Shown piece by piece: positions 61,160-64,000 of a stretch of DNA of 64,000 bases (positions within the stretch are counted from its first letter, which is position 1; every line of letters starts with the position of its first letter). Made by a program: the position numbers and the translations under genes. The stretch comes from Candidatus Latescibacterota bacterium (GTDB lineage Bacteria; Latescibacterota; CBDEFO01). Location: NCBI GenBank assembly GCA_965237525.1, contig CBDEFO010000008.1, positions 1,152,001 through 1,216,000 on the forward strand. Direction: 5' to 3'. The notes beneath the pieces are model-generated. The model had not been told where the DNA came from, made no database searches, and saw only the letters and a list, made by a program, of their open reading frames with translations.

Positions 61160-63902
61160 ATGCCAGAAAAAAAAGAAAAGCGTAAGGGGAAGTTCAGCTA
61201 TCTTCACCTTATTCTTGCAATAGCTGTGAGCACAGCCGTGGCAATAGCGCACTGGACGCATCTATATGACCAGTTGGAGTTCAGGCTGCACGATGCTTTC
61301 TTCAAGTTTAGCGGGGAGATAGAACAGTTTCCCAAGGTCGCCACTATGGATATAAACGAAGTAGCTCTTCAGACCCATGGAGAGTGGCCATGGACCAGGG
61401 ATAAACACGCAAAGGCCGTAGACATTCTTGCCAGATACAAAGCTAAACTGACGGTATTTGATGTATTCTTCTACGAGCCGAGTCCCCGTACAATACCTAA
61501 GAATGTACTGCGCGACGGGGCAGAGTACACGGCAGAAGATGTACGGAATCTCCTGAGCAGTTACGATGAGGATATGGCAAGGGCGATGAAGGAAGCGGGG
61601 AACGTGTATTTAGCGCAGACGTTCGAGCCGTCGGAAAATCAGGATATAGATTTTATCAAAATGAATACGAAGGCAAGAACTGGCGAAAAGGACGAGATCT
61701 TCGGCCTGTTGAAACTTTTTTCTCTTGACTATCCAGAGGGCGACAAGACCCAGATCTTCAAAATGACGGACATAGACGTTCCCCTGAGTGATTTTGTAAA
61801 GGCCGTGAGGGGCGTCGGCTTTGCTATGCCCGACGCCGACAGCGACGGTGTGGTCAGACGATACCGTCTGATCGTTATATACGAAGACAGGATCTTTTTC
61901 GCTTTAGGATTCATATCTGCCTGTGACTTTCTGGATGTCCCGTTGCAAAACGTGCAGATCGTTCCGGGAGAATACGTAAGATTGCCGAAGGCCCATCTTC
62001 CGGACGGAACAGTGCAGGATGTTACAATCCCGGTCAACGAAAAGTGTGAAATGATGGTAAATTGGGCTGGAGACTATCACGAGACATTCTCTCACTACCC
62101 GTATAATTTTGTAGTCGACTTTCCGAGGGCTGATATATTAAGTAATATAAAGAAACTAGTTTACGAGCACCCTGAATTCAGGGAGAAACCGGCAGAAGCC
62201 TTTGGGTTTGTGATGTCTCAGGATCTGGGGGACTCAACGGTTGTGGAGGATATATACAACGATCTAGATTTTTCCATGCTATTTCAGAGCCTGATAGAAT
62301 CAGGGATAACGTTGAATAAGTTTGCAGAGCTTCAGGGATTGGATGTGCACGACATTCCCAAACCGGCTGTCGATATGTTCAATCAGATAAAGACTAATAT
62401 TACGCTGGCGGATATGCTAAAGGAAGATCCGACTTTGATCCTGGAAGCGGCCGCCGAAAGACTCGGAGTAGAGAATGTCAAAGACATAGCGATTAATTAT
62501 AATAAAATAAAGAGCCTGATTCAAAACGGTGGTCTCAAGCCCGAAGACCATCCGCTGTACTTTTATCCAAGGGTCCTCGACGGAGTGGAGGTCACACCTG
62601 AGGATATTGAAGGTACAGTCTTTTTCGTGGGTGCCACAGCGGCTGGAACTCACGATCTGAACCCGACTCCCCACTCAAAGCGCTATCCTATGGTGGGTCT
62701 CCACGTCAACGCCTTTAACACTATCGTAACTGGCAACTTTCTGGAAAGGACTTCCAAGTCTACCAATATATTGATAATGCTCGGTTTCGGAGTTCTAGTA
62801 GGTCTTTTGATACCGAGATTACCACCATTTCTTGGAGCGGCCTTTGTATTCTGCGCTTTAGGTCTCTTTTTAGTCTTTTGTTACTTTGCCATGTTTCTGA
62901 GGTTCGGGACGCTGATGGATATGATAGGTCCGGTGTCCATTTTACTGTTGGGCTATCTGAGCATAACTATCTACAACTATATCAATGAGGAACAGGAAAA
63001 GAGATTCATTCAAGGGACGTTCGGACACTTTCTGTCTCCTGCTGTAGTAGAGCAGATGGTTGAAAACAAGGATATGCCTCAGTTGGGCGGTGAGGAAAGG
63101 GTCATAACGGCTTTTTTCTCCGATGTGGCTGGATTTACAAATATCTCTGAGAGTTTGACGCCTACAAAGCTCGTAGCACTTTTGAACGACTATCTGGGCG
63201 ATATGACGGACACCATAGATCAACAAAGGGGTACAGTGGACAAGTTCGAGGGTGACGCTATAATAGCCTTCTGGGGCGCTCCCATATATGTTTGAGGAAC
63301 ACGCCCAAAATGCGTGCTTGTCTTGCCTGGAAATGCAGAAGAAACTTTTAGAGCTTAAAGGGAAGTGGAAAGTGGAAGGCTGGTCAGACATAGTGGTGAA
63401 TATGCAGGTTAGGATGGGTATAAACACAGGTCCTATGGTCGTGGGAAACATGGGCTCCAGATCGAGGATGGACTATACGATCATGGGCGATGCGGTGAAC
63501 TTAGCGGCGCGACTTGAGCCGATCAACAAGCAGTATGGCACGTCGATCATGATAAGCGATGAATGCTACGAAGCGGCAAAGGATGTCATCGAGGCTCGAC
63601 AAATTGACAGGGTTCTGGTGGTTGGAAAGAAGGATTCGAGGGGGATTTATGAGGTTCTGGCTAAAAAAGGCGAGCTGGATCAAGAGAAGGCGGACGTCGT
63701 AGAACTGTTTGCAAGTGGGATTGAGATGCATAGACAGATGGAGTGGGACAAAGCCATTTCGTTCTTCGAAAGGGCGCTGAAGATTAACAGCACAGATGGT
63801 CCGTCGAAGGTATTTCTCAAAAGGGCCCAGGATTTTAAAAGCGGGAAGAAGGATCCTCCGGCTGATGATTGGGAAGGCGTGCACGTGCTGGATGAAAAGT
63901 GA
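61160..63902 (+). pseudogene. CHASE2-domain class III adenylate/guanylate cyclase, frameshift near 63290
   Basis: WPW.R, D.DGVVRR, FFSDVAGFT, DKFEGDA, then GNMGS..YT.MGDAVNLAARLE in the next frame. Confidence 0.88.
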
Positions 63903-64000
63903 TAAGAGTCCGATGTCCGCTGCTAAACTTAAAGTTCAAGTGGTACGACCACTGCGGGTTGAAAAAGACTTTTTCAATAGAGCAAAGCGCGTGTTGTTGG

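Overview
Bacterial chromosomal window. The PorV-like barrels, FlgD-Ig C-termini, GDFDGD..DF EF-hand/dockerin tails and SWGxxK tails suggest an FCB-superphylum candidate lineage such as Latescibacterota (inference). 0.6-38 kb holds housekeeping and envelope genes: ptsI, map, ferredoxin, korAB, mrp, a sigma-70, a MoaD-like protein, acuC, rtcB, three PorV-like barrels, an S2P protease, pyrF, an M6 protease, an Omp85, a GT2 and an amidase. These are interspersed with three copies of a 227-250 bp MITE, several hairpin/REP families and (TCTACTG)n heptamer tracts that encode signal-peptide cores. 38.8-53.9 kb is a mosaic island. It contains two near-identical IS1595-family elements, each carrying a different restriction-modification system placed in frame behind the same element-borne promoter/RBS/ATG, plus a high-GC TonB receptor, toxin-antitoxin remnants and decayed cytochrome genes. 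53.9-64 kb is a partly broken FHA / Ser-Thr kinase-FGE / PP2C / CHASE2-cyclase cluster interrupted by an IS110 (IS1111-type) element. That element's 3' non-coding RNA has readable guide segments matching the heptamer repeat it inserted into. No rRNA, tRNA or CRISPR array was seen. All calls are by eye; no database searches were run.
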